NCBI GenBank assembly: GCA_965223795.1
Contig: CBDCXL010000002.1
Coordinates: 2,560,001 to 2,624,000, forward strand
Reading direction: 5' to 3'
DNA from: Nitrospinales bacterium
GTDB lineage: Bacteria > Nitrospinota > Nitrospinia > Nitrospinales > VA-1
Length of the DNA: 64,000 nt
A program made the position numbers and the translations under genes. Positions 1 through 9,586 of this stretch are shown here, piece by piece; within the stretch, counting starts at the first letter, position 1; the number at the start of each line of letters is the position of its first letter. The notes beneath the pieces are model-generated. The model searched no databases. It was not told the origin of the DNA and was given only the letters and a program-made list of their open reading frames with translations.

Positions 1-1698
1 CGCCAGCTGGTGGTAGCCCACGAGCACGTCGGGATACGTCTCCTTCGCCGGTAAAAGTTTCGCGGGGCTTTTTGAGCCCAGCGTCTCGCCGAGACTGGGC
101 GGCACTTCGCGCCGGTCGAGTTTGCGGAACACGTCGGTGTGCGGGTCCACCCGCACCCGTCCCGGCTCGGCGGGCAGATCGAGTTCGAAGGTCTGGGTTT
201 TGTTCTGCATGCGCAGCACCTCAAGCCGCGGTCCGGTTTCCCCCTTGAGCCACACCGCCACAGGCACATCCAGAGCGAACGCCGGATCTTGCTGCTTCTG
301 CGCAAGCTTGAGCGTCAGCCGGTGACCTTCTGCGTGTTTTGTGTGCCCGGCCTGGGTCATCTCCAATTGCGGCGCGCCTTTTCGCTGGATCCACTGTTTG
401 AAAAAAGCCGTCAGATCCTGCCCTGATACGGCCTGCATCGACGCTTCCAGTTCGCGCCAGCCGGCGAAGCGGAAACGCTGCTTGCTGTAAAAATGCTGGA
501 GCCCCTTGAAAAAGGCGCCGGCGCCGAGCCGGTTTTTCAGCATGTGCAGCACCATGAGGGTCTTGCCGTAGCCGATGGCCTGGGACGCCATGTCCGTCCG
601 GTGCGTGAATGCGGAAAGAGGGAAATCGTTTTCCGCATGCACATAGTTGAGATATTTCATCAGTTCCTGAAAGCGGTACTGCGCGCCCTGGCCCTGCACG
701 TCCAGCAGCAGGTGATCGGCGAGGTAGGCCGTGAGTCCTTCCGCCCAGTTGCCCTGCTGCATGTCGATGTAGACGCTGTTGCCCCACCAGTTGTGCAGGA
801 TCTCGTGCGGGTAGGAGGTGTTGAGGATGAAGGGAAAGCGGATGACGCGGGAGCCGAGCAGGGTGAACGAGGCCATGCCGTAGCCGGTTTGGCGGTGGTT
901 TTCCACCAGCGCGAATTTTTTGAACGGGTACTCGGCGATCAGCCGCGAATAAAAGTCGAGGTAGCGGCGCGTCGCATCCAGGTAGCGTTTGGCGAGCGGC
1001 GCGTCGTTCTCCAGCAGAAAGGCCTGCACTTCGATCCCGCCGTGCGGTTCGATGAAAACGTGATACTTGTCGGCGATCAGGATGATCTCTTCCATCGGCT
1101 CGGGCGATGTCCACCGCACGCCGCCATCCGGCGTTGCAACGCGCGCGCCCTGGCTCACCGCCTTGTAGCCTTCGGGCAGCGTCACCTTTAGATCGAAGGT
1201 CACGCGGTCCGGATGGCCTTCGGGATCGATTCGCTGCGGATAAAAGAAACTCTCGCCGGACAGCACCACGCCCAAAGGTTCCGCATCGGGCGTGTCACCG
1301 GCCTGCAGATCGAGCACGGGGCCGCTATAGCGCAAACGCAGCGCCAACGTTTCGGGCCAGGATTGGGAACCGGGCCGGATGACGGCGATGCGCGTGAGCG
1401 CCGGGCGTCCGTCCGCGGCCGGGAGTTTCGTGTGCCGGATCGCAATGCCGGAAGCGGGATCGGTTTTCAGGATTTCCAGTTTGAGAGCGGCGTTCAGGAA
1501 AAAGTCCAGCCGGCCGGGGGCATCTTCCCAAAGACGCAGGCTCACGCGGTCTTCGATGTGCGCGGTGCGTGTCTCAGGATCGAGTTCGATGTTCAACTGA
1601 TGATGCACCGGCGGCGTTTCCGCGAAACCGGATGCGGGTGCGCCAGCGAGCAGGAGGATCAGCAGCAGGAGCGGGATTGGATGTTGAACGGGTTTCAT
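1..1698 (-). CDS. M1-family (gluzincin) aminopeptidase-like exported protein, 3' end runs off the window
   Basis: Manual translation from ATG 1698 gives a signal peptide (MKPVQHPIPLLLLILLLAGAPASG), PTGYGMAS, and the zinc motif HEILHNWWGN followed by NWAEGLTAY. It is absent from the ORF track because it has no stop in the window. Confidence 0.85.
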   Translation of the reverse strand, partial: MKPVQHPIPLLLLILLLAGAPASGFAETPPVHHQLNIELDPETRTAHIEDRVSLRLWEDAPGRLDFFLNAALKLEILKTDPASGIAIRHTKLPAADGRPALTRIAVIRPGSQSWPETLALRLRYSGPVLDLQAGDTPDAEPLGVVLSGESFFYPQRIDPEGHPDRVTFDLKVTLPEGYKAVSQGARVATPDGGVRWTSPEPMEEIILIADKYHVFIEPHGGIEVQAFLLENDAPLAKRYLDATRRYLDFYSRLIAEYPFKKFALVENHRQTGYGMASFTLLGSRVIRFPFILNTSYPHEILHNWWGNSVYIDMQQGNWAEGLTAYLADHLLLDVQGQGAQYRFQELMKYLNYVHAENDFPLSAFTHRTDMASQAIGYGKTLMVLHMLKNRLGAGAFFKGLQHFYSKQRFRFAGWRELEASMQAVSGQDLTAFFKQWIQRKGAPQLEMTQAGHTKHAEGHRLTLKLAQKQQDPAFALDVPVAVWLKGETGPRLEVLRMQNKTQTFELDLPAEPGRVRVDPHTDVFRKLDRREVPPSLGETLGSKSPAKLLPAKETYPDVLVGYHQLA

Positions 1699-1740
1699 AA
1701 TGTACCGAACGGAATGAAGGTTCATGGAAGAGCAGGGGGG

Positions 1741-2130
1741 TCAGCCGACGACGGCGTCGACGCCGCGGTGGCCGCCGCCTTCGATGCGCACGACCACGCG
1801 GTTGGGCAGACAGGCGGCGAGCCGGTCCGCATACTGGATGAAGCCCGATTTGATGCACAGCTTGCCGCTGCACGGTGAGCGCAGGATGCGGGCTTTTCCT
1901 TCCCGGATCTCGACTTCGGTGACGCCCAGCGGCCCCTCGACGCGGACGGTCTTTTCCTGCCTGAGCGAGTGGCGGGCGCGCTCGTTTTTGTCCACCTCGA
2001 TGACGACCCAGTCGCCCGGCTTAGCCGGGGCGGTCCAGCGCAAGAACAGGGCCGCGTTCAGGGCGATCAGGCAGCCGATCAGGATTTTATCGCCGCGCGT
2101 CAGCGTCATGGTTGCAGTCGTGCCGATCAT
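1741..2130 (-). CDS. NusG domain II-like membrane-anchored protein
   Basis: N-terminal TM segment, then GPLG-x-TEVEI, SPCSGKLCIKSG and ACLPNRV, typical of the family. Alternative start at 2109. Confidence 0.8.
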   Translation of the reverse strand: MIGTTATMTLTRGDKILIGCLIALNAALFLRWTAPAKPGDWVVIEVDKNERARHSLRQEKTVRVEGPLGVTEVEIREGKARILRSPCSGKLCIKSGFIQYADRLAACLPNRVVVRIEGGGHRGVDAVVG

Positions 2131-2171
2131 AAAAACATTGTTTGAAGCCTCAGGTTAACATATCCGCCCGC

Positions 2172-4298
2172 TCACAGGATGTGCAGGAGATCGAGTTTTT
2201 CGCCCAGAGTGGTTTGCAGCGTTTGCTTGAGCTGCACGTGTTCGGGGTCGCTCAGCAGCGGGTCGCGGTCGATCAGCGCGAACGCCTGCCGGCGCGCCGC
2301 GTCGAGCCAGTGCATGTCGCGCAGCAGGTTGGCCACACGCAGAAGCGGCATGCCGGACTGGCGGGTGCCCATGAAATCGCCGGGTCCGCGGATCTTCAAG
2401 TCCTCTTCGGCGATCTCGAACCCGTCGGAAGAGCGGTGGACGGCGGCTAGACGGGCCTTGGCGTCGTCGCTCAACGGGTGGTAGGCGATGAGAAAGCAGT
2501 GCGAGGGGTACTCCCCGCGGCCGACGCGGCCGCGCAGCTGGTGGATCTGCGAGAGGCCGAAGCGTTCCGCGTGCTCGATGACCATCAGCGTGGCGTTGGG
2601 CACGTCGATGCCCACCTCGATCACGGTGGTGGCGACCAGGGTGTGCAGGGTTCCCGCGGCGAAGGCGGCCATGATCTTCTGCCGCTCCTCTTTTTTGAGC
2701 TTGCCGTGGATGAGCGCCAGGCCGCCGTCCGGAAACCAGCGCTCTTTGAGGTAGTCGTGCACGTCGATGGCGGCCTTGAGCTCCAGCGTCTCCGACTCCT
2801 CGATCAGCGGGCACACCACATAAGCCTGCCGCCCCTGTTTGACTTCCTCGCTCAGACGGGCGTAGGCCTGATCGCGTTTTTCGCCGTAATAGATCTGCGT
2901 CGTGATCGGCTTTCTGCCCGGCGGTAATTCATCTAAAAAAGAAACGTCCATCTCTCCGTACAGGGTGAGCGCCAGCGAGCGCGGGATGGGCGTCGCGGTC
3001 ATGATGCAGACGTGCGGGCGTGCGCCCTTTTTGCCGAGCGCTTCGCGCTGCAGCACGCCGAAGCGGTGCTGCTCGTCGATGACGGCGAGACCCAGGCGCT
3101 TGAAAGCGACGGTTTTCTGAATCAGCGCGTGGGTGCCGACGACGATCTGGGTTTCGCCGCTTTCGATGCGCTCAAGGATCTTTTTCTTCTCGCCGGCAGG
3201 CGCGGCGCTGGTGGCGAGATCGATCTTGACGCCGAGTTCGCGGCAGTAGGGTTCCAGGGTCAGATAATGCTGCTCGGCCAGAATTTCCGTCGGCACCATG
3301 AGCGCGCCCTGAGTGCGGTTGTCGATGGCGGTGAGCAGCGCGGTCAGGGCGATCACGGTTTTGCCGGCGCCCACGTCGCCCTGCACCAGCCGGTTCATGG
3401 GCCGGGGCTGCTCCAGATCGTGCATGATCTCGCCCAGCACGCGCTTCTGCGCTCCGGTCAGCTCGTAGGGCAGCAGTTTCACGAAGCGGCGGATCAGCTC
3501 GCCGCGGGTCTTGAACGCCATGCCGTGCACGGTTTCGTGGGCGTGCTTTTTGCGGTAGGCGAGTCCCACCTGAATGAGAAACAATTCCTCGAAGATGAGC
3601 CGTTTCTGCGCCGCGGTGCGGAAGCCGTCGAGGTCTTTGACGGATGTGTCCTTCGGCGGCAGGTGCGCGTCGCGGATGGCCTGGGCGCGCGGCGGCAGCG
3701 CGTTTGTTTTGAGCACCGGTTCGGGAATGAATTCCTCCAGCAGCGGCGCGTAGCGCTCCACCACGTTTTTCATCAGCGCGCGCAGGGATTTTAAGTGCAG
3801 CCCTTCGGTGTTGTGGTAGACGGGCAGGATGCCGCCCAGCTGTCCGCCGGCTTCGCCGTCCACCGGCTCCGAATCGGGGTGGATGAGTTCCAGGCCGGAG
3901 CCGCCGTAACGGCTCCAGGCGGGTTTGCCGGAGAAGATCCAGCGCGTTCCCGGTTGAAACCGCTCGGTCATGTAAGTCTCGTTGAAGCGGAACCATTTGC
4001 CGCGCAGCGATCCGGTGTCGTCTTTGATGAGCACTTCGAAGATCTTTTTTCGCCGCCCGATGCGGGCGATGCCCGCCTGGACGACCTCTCCGGTGAGGGT
4101 GACGGTTTCCCCGAGGCCGATCTGGGCGATCTTCACGACCCGGCTGCGGTCCTCGTAGCGGAAGGGGAGGAAATAAAGGCAGTCCTCGATGCTTTTGAGG
4201 CCCAGTTTTTCCAGCAGGCGGGCGCGCTTGGGGCCCACTCCCTTGATGTACTGGAGCGGATCTTCCAGGGAGGGTTTTCGGTTGCGGGCCGTCGTCAT
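2172..4298 (-). CDS. recG: ATP-dependent DNA helicase RecG
   Basis: QGDVGAGKT, DEQHRFG, MTATPIPRSL, QLRGRVGRG, RGPGDFMGTRQSG. Confidence 0.97.
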   Translation of the reverse strand: MTTARNRKPSLEDPLQYIKGVGPKRARLLEKLGLKSIEDCLYFLPFRYEDRSRVVKIAQIGLGETVTLTGEVVQAGIARIGRRKKIFEVLIKDDTGSLRGKWFRFNETYMTERFQPGTRWIFSGKPAWSRYGGSGLELIHPDSEPVDGEAGGQLGGILPVYHNTEGLHLKSLRALMKNVVERYAPLLEEFIPEPVLKTNALPPRAQAIRDAHLPPKDTSVKDLDGFRTAAQKRLIFEELFLIQVGLAYRKKHAHETVHGMAFKTRGELIRRFVKLLPYELTGAQKRVLGEIMHDLEQPRPMNRLVQGDVGAGKTVIALTALLTAIDNRTQGALMVPTEILAEQHYLTLEPYCRELGVKIDLATSAAPAGEKKKILERIESGETQIVVGTHALIQKTVAFKRLGLAVIDEQHRFGVLQREALGKKGARPHVCIMTATPIPRSLALTLYGEMDVSFLDELPPGRKPITTQIYYGEKRDQAYARLSEEVKQGRQAYVVCPLIEESETLELKAAIDVHDYLKERWFPDGGLALIHGKLKKEERQKIMAAFAAGTLHTLVATTVIEVGIDVPNATLMVIEHAERFGLSQIHQLRGRVGRGEYPSHCFLIAYHPLSDDAKARLAAVHRSSDGFEIAEEDLKIRGPGDFMGTRQSGMPLLRVANLLRDMHWLDAARRQAFALIDRDPLLSDPEHVQLKQTLQTTLGEKLDLLHIL

Positions 4299-4540
4299 CG
4301 CGGATTCAGAAAGTGCAAGAAACAATTCCATTTCAAACCCGCCGCAAGCCGTATTCTGTACCCGGCATCCGAAGAAGAGGGCGCGGCCGGACGGGCTTTT
4401 GTTCATACCATACCCTTTCGGGCAGGGGAAGGGGATTGCCGGATGCGGCTAGAGAGCGCGTCTTGAAAGAAAATCTGCTCCCAAAGCCGTCCCCGTTCAT
4501 CCAATTCTAAACAGCATATCGGTTTCCTGCTCCTATGCGG

Positions 4541-4570
4541 TTGACAAAAACAGGCCAACAGAAGTATTCT
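4541..4570 (+). promoter_or_regulatory. Putative sigma-70 promoter for relA/spoT
   Basis: TTGACA (4541) - 18 nt - TATTCT (4565). Confidence 0.55.
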
Positions 4571-4667
4571 TAGAATGAGCTAAACCATACTATTTTCGGC
4601 ATTTTTCGACTAAGTGGCTCATTTTCCACCTTTTTTGCGGACGCGCCCGGAAGCGGGCCGAATCGGA

Positions 4668-6917
4668 ATGCGGAAAATCAAAGACCTCACAGATGCGGTG
4701 CTGACGTACCACCCGGAAGCGGATGTGGACGTCATCCTCGACGCCTACCTGTATTCCGCCAAAGCGCACCGCGGTCAGAGCCGCCGTTCGGGCGAAGCCT
4801 ACATCTCGCATCCTCTGGAAGTGGCCTACAACCTGACGCTGCTCAAAATGGACGAGCAGACGGTGGCGGCGGGCCTGCTGCACGACACGATCGAAGACAC
4901 GCTGGCCACCCCCGAGGAAATTCAGGACCTGTTCGGCGAGGAAATCTACGGCCTGGTGGACGGCGTCACCAAGATCAGCAAGATGGAGTTTTCCAGCCGG
5001 GAAGAGAGCCAGGCGGAAAACTACCGCAAAATGATCTTCGCCATGGGCCGGGACATCCGGGTGGTGCTCATCAAGCTCGCCGACCGCGCCCATAATATGA
5101 AGACCCTGCAATCGCTGTCGGAAGAGAGGCAGCGCCGGATCGCCCGCGAAACCCTGGACATCTATGCCCCCATCGCCAACCGCCTGGGGATCGGCTGGCT
5201 GCGCTCGGAGCTGGAAAACGGCGCGTTCAAGTACCTCTACCCGGAAGAATACCGGCGCATGCGCGAGAAGGTGAAGGAAGGGGAGGCGGAACGCAAGCAG
5301 TACGTCGAAAAGGTCTGTTCCATCATCAGCGAAGAGCTGGAAGCGGCGGACATCAAGGCCGGTGTGGTGGGACGGCCCAAGCACCTGTTCAGCATCCACG
5401 TAAAGATGATGGCGCAGAACATCAGCTTCGAGGACGTGTACGACCTCATCGGCGTGCGGGTGCTGACCGATTCGGTCAAGGACTGCTACGCCATCCTGGG
5501 ACTGATCCATTCATTATGGAAACCGATTCCGGGCCGCTTCAAGGATTACATCGCGATGCCCAAGCCGAACATGTACCAGTCGCTGCACACGACGGTCATC
5601 GGGCCGGACGGGGAGCGGGTGGAGGTGCAGATCCGCACGCATGAAATGCACAAGATCTGCGAGGAAGGCATTGCCGCCCACTGGCAGTACAAGGAAAAGG
5701 GCGAGCGCAAGACGAAGCCGTTCGACAATCAGCTCTCCTGGGTTAGGCACCTGCTCGAATACCAGAAGGACCTCAAAAATCCCAAGGAATTTCTCAACGC
5801 GTTCAAGATCAATCTGTACCCGCACGAGGTCTACGTGTTCTCGCCGAAGGGGGACGTGATCGCGCTGCCGCACGGCGCCACGCCGGTGGATTTCGCCTAT
5901 GCGGTGCACACCGACATCGGCAATCACTGTCTCAACGCCAAGGTGGACGGCAAGATCGTGCCGCTGCGCTACAAGCTGCGCAACGGCAATCAGGTGGAGA
6001 TCATCACCAGCAAGCAGAAGCACCCCAGCCGCGACTGGCTGTCCTTCGTCAAGACCTCGCGGGCGCGCAACCGCATTGCCAATTACATCAACCACCAGGA
6101 ACGGGAAAAGAGCCTCAGCCTGGGCCGGGAACTTCTGGATAAGGAAATCCAGGAACACGGCCTGACGCCGTCGGAACTGCTCAAGGGCAAGCCCCTGGAC
6201 GACGCGATGCACGCCTGCGGCTACAATTCCTTCGACAGCCTGCTCACCGGAATCGGCGTCGGCAAGCTCTCCGCCCATCACGTGGTGGAAAAACTGCTGC
6301 CGCGCGAAATGTTGCAGGAACGCAAGAAGAAGGAAGAGGCGGCGCGCATCAAGCTCAAGGAGAAAAAGCCCCAGAAACCGGCCGAAAACGCCATCAAGGT
6401 CAAGTGCATCAACGAGGAAATCCTGCTACGGGTGGGCAAGTGCTGCAACCCGGTGCCGGGCGATCCGATTCTCGGTTACATCACGCGGGGCCGCGGCGTC
6501 ACGGTGCACCACATGGACTGCCCGAGTGTGAGCGACATAGGGCAGGAATCCGAACGGCTGGTGGAGGTCGAGTGGGACACCGGGCACAAGACGAATTACC
6601 CGACGCGGATTTCCATCGTCACCCAGGACAAGCCGGGGCTTTTGGCGAGCATCAGCAGCGTGCTGGCCGAATGCGACATCAACATCATCCGCGCCAACGT
6701 GCAGCAGGGGCCGAACAAGCGGGCCTACTTCGACCTGTCGATTGAAATTCAGAACCTGACGCAGCTCAACCAGACCCTGGAAAAGGTGCGCAAGGTGGAC
6801 GGCGTGATACATCTGGAGCGGGTGAAGGAATACCGGAAGAAAACGCTGAGGCGGGCGAAAGGCAGCGATCAGGAGGATGCGGTGAATTACGACGATCTGG
6901 AAGTCACGTTCAACTGA
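4668..6917 (+). CDS. relA: Bifunctional (p)ppGpp synthetase/hydrolase (long RSH)
   Basis: HD domain (LLHDTIED), KPNMYQSLHT, EVQIRT, TGS domain (TPVDFAY), CC and ACT domains. Confidence 0.96.
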   Translation: MRKIKDLTDAVLTYHPEADVDVILDAYLYSAKAHRGQSRRSGEAYISHPLEVAYNLTLLKMDEQTVAAGLLHDTIEDTLATPEEIQDLFGEEIYGLVDGVTKISKMEFSSREESQAENYRKMIFAMGRDIRVVLIKLADRAHNMKTLQSLSEERQRRIARETLDIYAPIANRLGIGWLRSELENGAFKYLYPEEYRRMREKVKEGEAERKQYVEKVCSIISEELEAADIKAGVVGRPKHLFSIHVKMMAQNISFEDVYDLIGVRVLTDSVKDCYAILGLIHSLWKPIPGRFKDYIAMPKPNMYQSLHTTVIGPDGERVEVQIRTHEMHKICEEGIAAHWQYKEKGERKTKPFDNQLSWVRHLLEYQKDLKNPKEFLNAFKINLYPHEVYVFSPKGDVIALPHGATPVDFAYAVHTDIGNHCLNAKVDGKIVPLRYKLRNGNQVEIITSKQKHPSRDWLSFVKTSRARNRIANYINHQEREKSLSLGRELLDKEIQEHGLTPSELLKGKPLDDAMHACGYNSFDSLLTGIGVGKLSAHHVVEKLLPREMLQERKKKEEAARIKLKEKKPQKPAENAIKVKCINEEILLRVGKCCNPVPGDPILGYITRGRGVTVHHMDCPSVSDIGQESERLVEVEWDTGHKTNYPTRISIVTQDKPGLLASISSVLAECDINIIRANVQQGPNKRAYFDLSIEIQNLTQLNQTLEKVRKVDGVIHLERVKEYRKKTLRRAKGSDQEDAVNYDDLEVTFN

Positions 6918-7109
6918 TCAGCAGACCTTCGCCACTTTGCCGCCTTTGAGACAGCGGGTGCACACTTTCATCGTCCGCACGGCACCTTCATACATCACCC
7001 GGAGTTTCTTGAGGTTCGGGTTCCAGCGCCGCCGGGTGGTGTTGTTGGCGTGACTGACATTGTTGCCGAACATGGGGCCCTTGTCGCAGACCTCGCATCT
7101 TTTGGCCAT
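6918..7109 (-). CDS. rpmB: 50S ribosomal protein L28
   Basis: [23 protein letters not shown]...VCTRCLK, the zinc-ribbon type. Confidence 0.96.
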   Translation of the reverse strand: MAKRCEVCDKGPMFGNNVSHANNTTRRRWNPNLKKLRVMYEGAVRTMKVCTRCLKGGKVAKVC

Positions 7110-7202
7110 GAAACGCTCCTGTACGAAAATCGTTGTTTGAACAAAGATCCGATGCTACCATACGGAAAATTGAGCGGCAAGAAAATTCAGGGGATCCACG
7201 TG

Positions 7203-7436
7203 ATGCTCATCAGCAAAGACACCCGGATCAACGAAATCATCAGCGCCTATCCCGGCGCGATGAAGTTTTTCGCCGACCTCAATATGAGCTGCAGCCAGTG
7301 CTTCGCCGTCAAGTTCGACACGCTGGAAAACGGCGCCCTCATGCACGGCATGGACGTGAACGTCCTGATCGACAAGCTCAACCGGTTTCTCGCCTCGCAA
7401 AGCACACCGGCTTCCGCCTCAACGCCTCCCGAGTGA
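7203..7436 (+). CDS. DUF1858-like small protein
   Basis: ISKDTRINEII...CSQC...TLENGALMHG pattern. Confidence 0.75.
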   Translation: MLISKDTRINEIISAYPGAMKFFADLNMSCSQCFAVKFDTLENGALMHGMDVNVLIDKLNRFLASQSTPASASTPPE

Positions 7437-7573
7437 GCCGCTTTTTTTTCTCTGACTTGAAATTATTTGTTTGATTTCAGCTATTTATGTGATACTCTCC
7501 GGCTGCATGCACACTCTCAGGGTGCATCGGGAACGCACCGGAAACATGCGGCAGGATGAGGCGAGGCTGAGGA

Positions 7574-7891
7574 TCAGCCGAGGAATTTCGATTCGGAGAT
7601 GATGTCTTTGAGGATCTTCCCGGCCACTTCACGGCTGTCGACATTGAACCGTCCTTCGGCGATTTCCCGCTTGATGCGGTCCACTTTTTCCACGCGGACG
7701 GCGTCGGGTTCGGCTTTCACGGTGTCGATGGCGTTCTGCAGGGCCTTGGCCTGAGAAGACAACGCAGTGCGGTCCCCCCCCTGAACGGAGCCGGAAGAGG
7801 AGGCGTCTTTATCTCCTTTTCCAACGGGCTGCTTGTTGCCCACGCGCAGCTTGTTTTGAATGGCTTTGTTCTTGATTTCGGGGATTTCCAT
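7574..7891 (-). CDS. flgM: Anti-sigma-28 factor FlgM
   Basis: C-terminal VRVEKVDRIKREIAEGRFNVDSREVAGKIL, plus an upstream sigma-28 promoter. Confidence 0.88.
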   Translation of the reverse strand: MEIPEIKNKAIQNKLRVGNKQPVGKGDKDASSSGSVQGGDRTALSSQAKALQNAIDTVKAEPDAVRVEKVDRIKREIAEGRFNVDSREVAGKILKDIISESKFLG

Positions 7892-8014
7892 GACCGTCAC
7901 CTGAGGGAGCTTTGCAACTCCTGTTAATTCAATAATTTAGCCGAAAACAGCGCGTGTCGCAAGACACCCCGCCTGCGGCCATTCCACGTCAAAATACTCC
8001 CCCCGCACAGGATT

Positions 8015-8041
8015 GTATCGGCAAATTTAGGGAAAACTTAA
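8015..8041 (-). promoter_or_regulatory. Sigma-28 (FliA) promoter for flgM
   Basis: Minus strand reads TTAAGTTT-N11-GCCGATAC, against consensus TAAAGTTT-N11-GCCGATAA. Confidence 0.8.
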
Positions 8042-8075
8042 GTGTTTCCTGCAATAAGAATGGCTCATTTACGCC

Positions 8076-8104
8076 AAAATATCGGTTAAATCCGGGTTTG
8101 TCAA
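8076..8104 (-). promoter_or_regulatory. Putative sigma-70 promoter upstream of flgM
   Basis: Minus strand TTGACA-N17-TATTTT. Confidence 0.5.
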
Positions 8105-8207
8105 GGCTGGCCGTCCGCGTTGTGGGATGGTATTATTTTTATTCTTCCTGCCGTTTCCCGGCGGGAGCCTAAACCCGTTGACGATCAGCGTCTTATCCGA
8201 ACTGGCC

Positions 8208-8645
8208 ATGCCGTACAGAAATCCCACACCGACAGTCGACATCATCATCGAGATGGAAGCGGGGGGCGTCGTCCTGATCGAGCGGGCGAACCCGCCGCAA
8301 GGCTGGGCGCTGCCGGGCGGATACGTGGATTACGGCGAATCGCTGGAGCAGGCGGCGGTGCGTGAGGCGAAGGAGGAGACCTCGCTGGAGGTGCGGCTTT
8401 TGGGCCAGTTTCACACCTATTCCGACCCGGCGCGGGACACGCGCCAGCACAATATTTCGACGGTGTTCGTGGCGCAGGCTTCGGGGGCGCCGAAAGCGGC
8501 TTCCGACGCAAAGGCGCTGGGTGTGTTTTCGAAAGACAACCTGCCTGAACCTCTTGCCTTCGACCATGCGGCCATTCTCGAGGATTATTTTTCTATCCGG
8601 GAGCGGCAAAACGGAAGTCCGTTTTCCCGGCAGATGAAACCGTGA
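8208..8645 (+). CDS. NUDIX hydrolase
   Basis: Nudix box [24 protein letters not shown]. Confidence 0.93.
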   Translation: MPYRNPTPTVDIIIEMEAGGVVLIERANPPQGWALPGGYVDYGESLEQAAVREAKEETSLEVRLLGQFHTYSDPARDTRQHNISTVFVAQASGAPKAASDAKALGVFSKDNLPEPLAFDHAAILEDYFSIRERQNGSPFSRQMKP

Positions 8646-9577
8646 CGGCGCTGCGTTTATTTCTCCGGACCGCACTCCTGCGCAGGCTGGTTTTGCCCGC
8701 GGCGGTGATCCTGTTTTCACTCACATGTTTTGCCGAATCCCGCGCCCAGGAATCGGCGCCGAACCCTGCCTGGAACTACCTCAAGACGCTGACCGGCTTC
8801 GGCCCGCGTTATCCCGGAAGTCCGGGGCATGCCCGAACCATCGCCTTTCTCAAACAGGTGGGTGAACAATACGCCGATTCGGTGCGCGAGCAGGCGTTCA
8901 CGCATGACCGGTCCGGTGCGGAACCGCTGGCGCTGTCCAACGTCATTTTCACGTTCGTGGGGACCCGAAAGGGACCGCCGGTTCTCATCGGCACGCATCA
9001 CGACACGCGTCCGTTCGCGGATGAGGATCCGAACCCGGCCCTGCGCTCGCGCCCGATTCTCGGCGCCAACGACGGCGGTTCCGGAACGGCGGTGCTTCTG
9101 GCGCTGGCGGAGCATTTGAGCGCACACCGGCCGGAAAGGACGGTGCAACTGGTGTTCTTCGACGGCGAGGATCTGGGCGCCAAGGGTTCCGGTGAGAATC
9201 TGCTGGGGTCGATCCACTACGCCGACAGGCTCAGGGATACGGATGAAAAACCCTATTGCGTGCTGATCATCGACATGATCGGAGACCGCGATCTGGAAAT
9301 TTACCGGGAATCGTTTTCCGTCAAGAACGCGGCCTGGCTGGTGGATCTGATTTTCAAAGTCGCCAGGAAAAAAAACCTGCCTCAATTCAAAGACAAACTC
9401 AAATACACGATCTACGACGATCATTATCCGTTCATCGGGCTCGGCATTCCTTCCGTGGTGCTGATCGATTTCGACTACCCGCACTGGCACAAGATGACCG
9501 ACACGCTGGACAAATGCTCGCCGGAAAGCCTCGCTCTCGTGTTCGATGTGGTGGTGGAGGTGCTGAAGAAACTCTGA
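8642..9577 (+). CDS. M28-family peptidase / glutaminyl-cyclase-like exported protein
   Basis: [35 protein letters not shown]. Confidence 0.88.
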   Translation: MTALRLFLRTALLRRLVLPAAVILFSLTCFAESRAQESAPNPAWNYLKTLTGFGPRYPGSPGHARTIAFLKQVGEQYADSVREQAFTHDRSGAEPLALSNVIFTFVGTRKGPPVLIGTHHDTRPFADEDPNPALRSRPILGANDGGSGTAVLLALAEHLSAHRPERTVQLVFFDGEDLGAKGSGENLLGSIHYADRLRDTDEKPYCVLIIDMIGDRDLEIYRESFSVKNAAWLVDLIFKVARKKNLPQFKDKLKYTIYDDHYPFIGLGIPSVVLIDFDYPHWHKMTDTLDKCSPESLALVFDVVVEVLKKL

Positions 9578-9586
9578 CCGCGGCGG

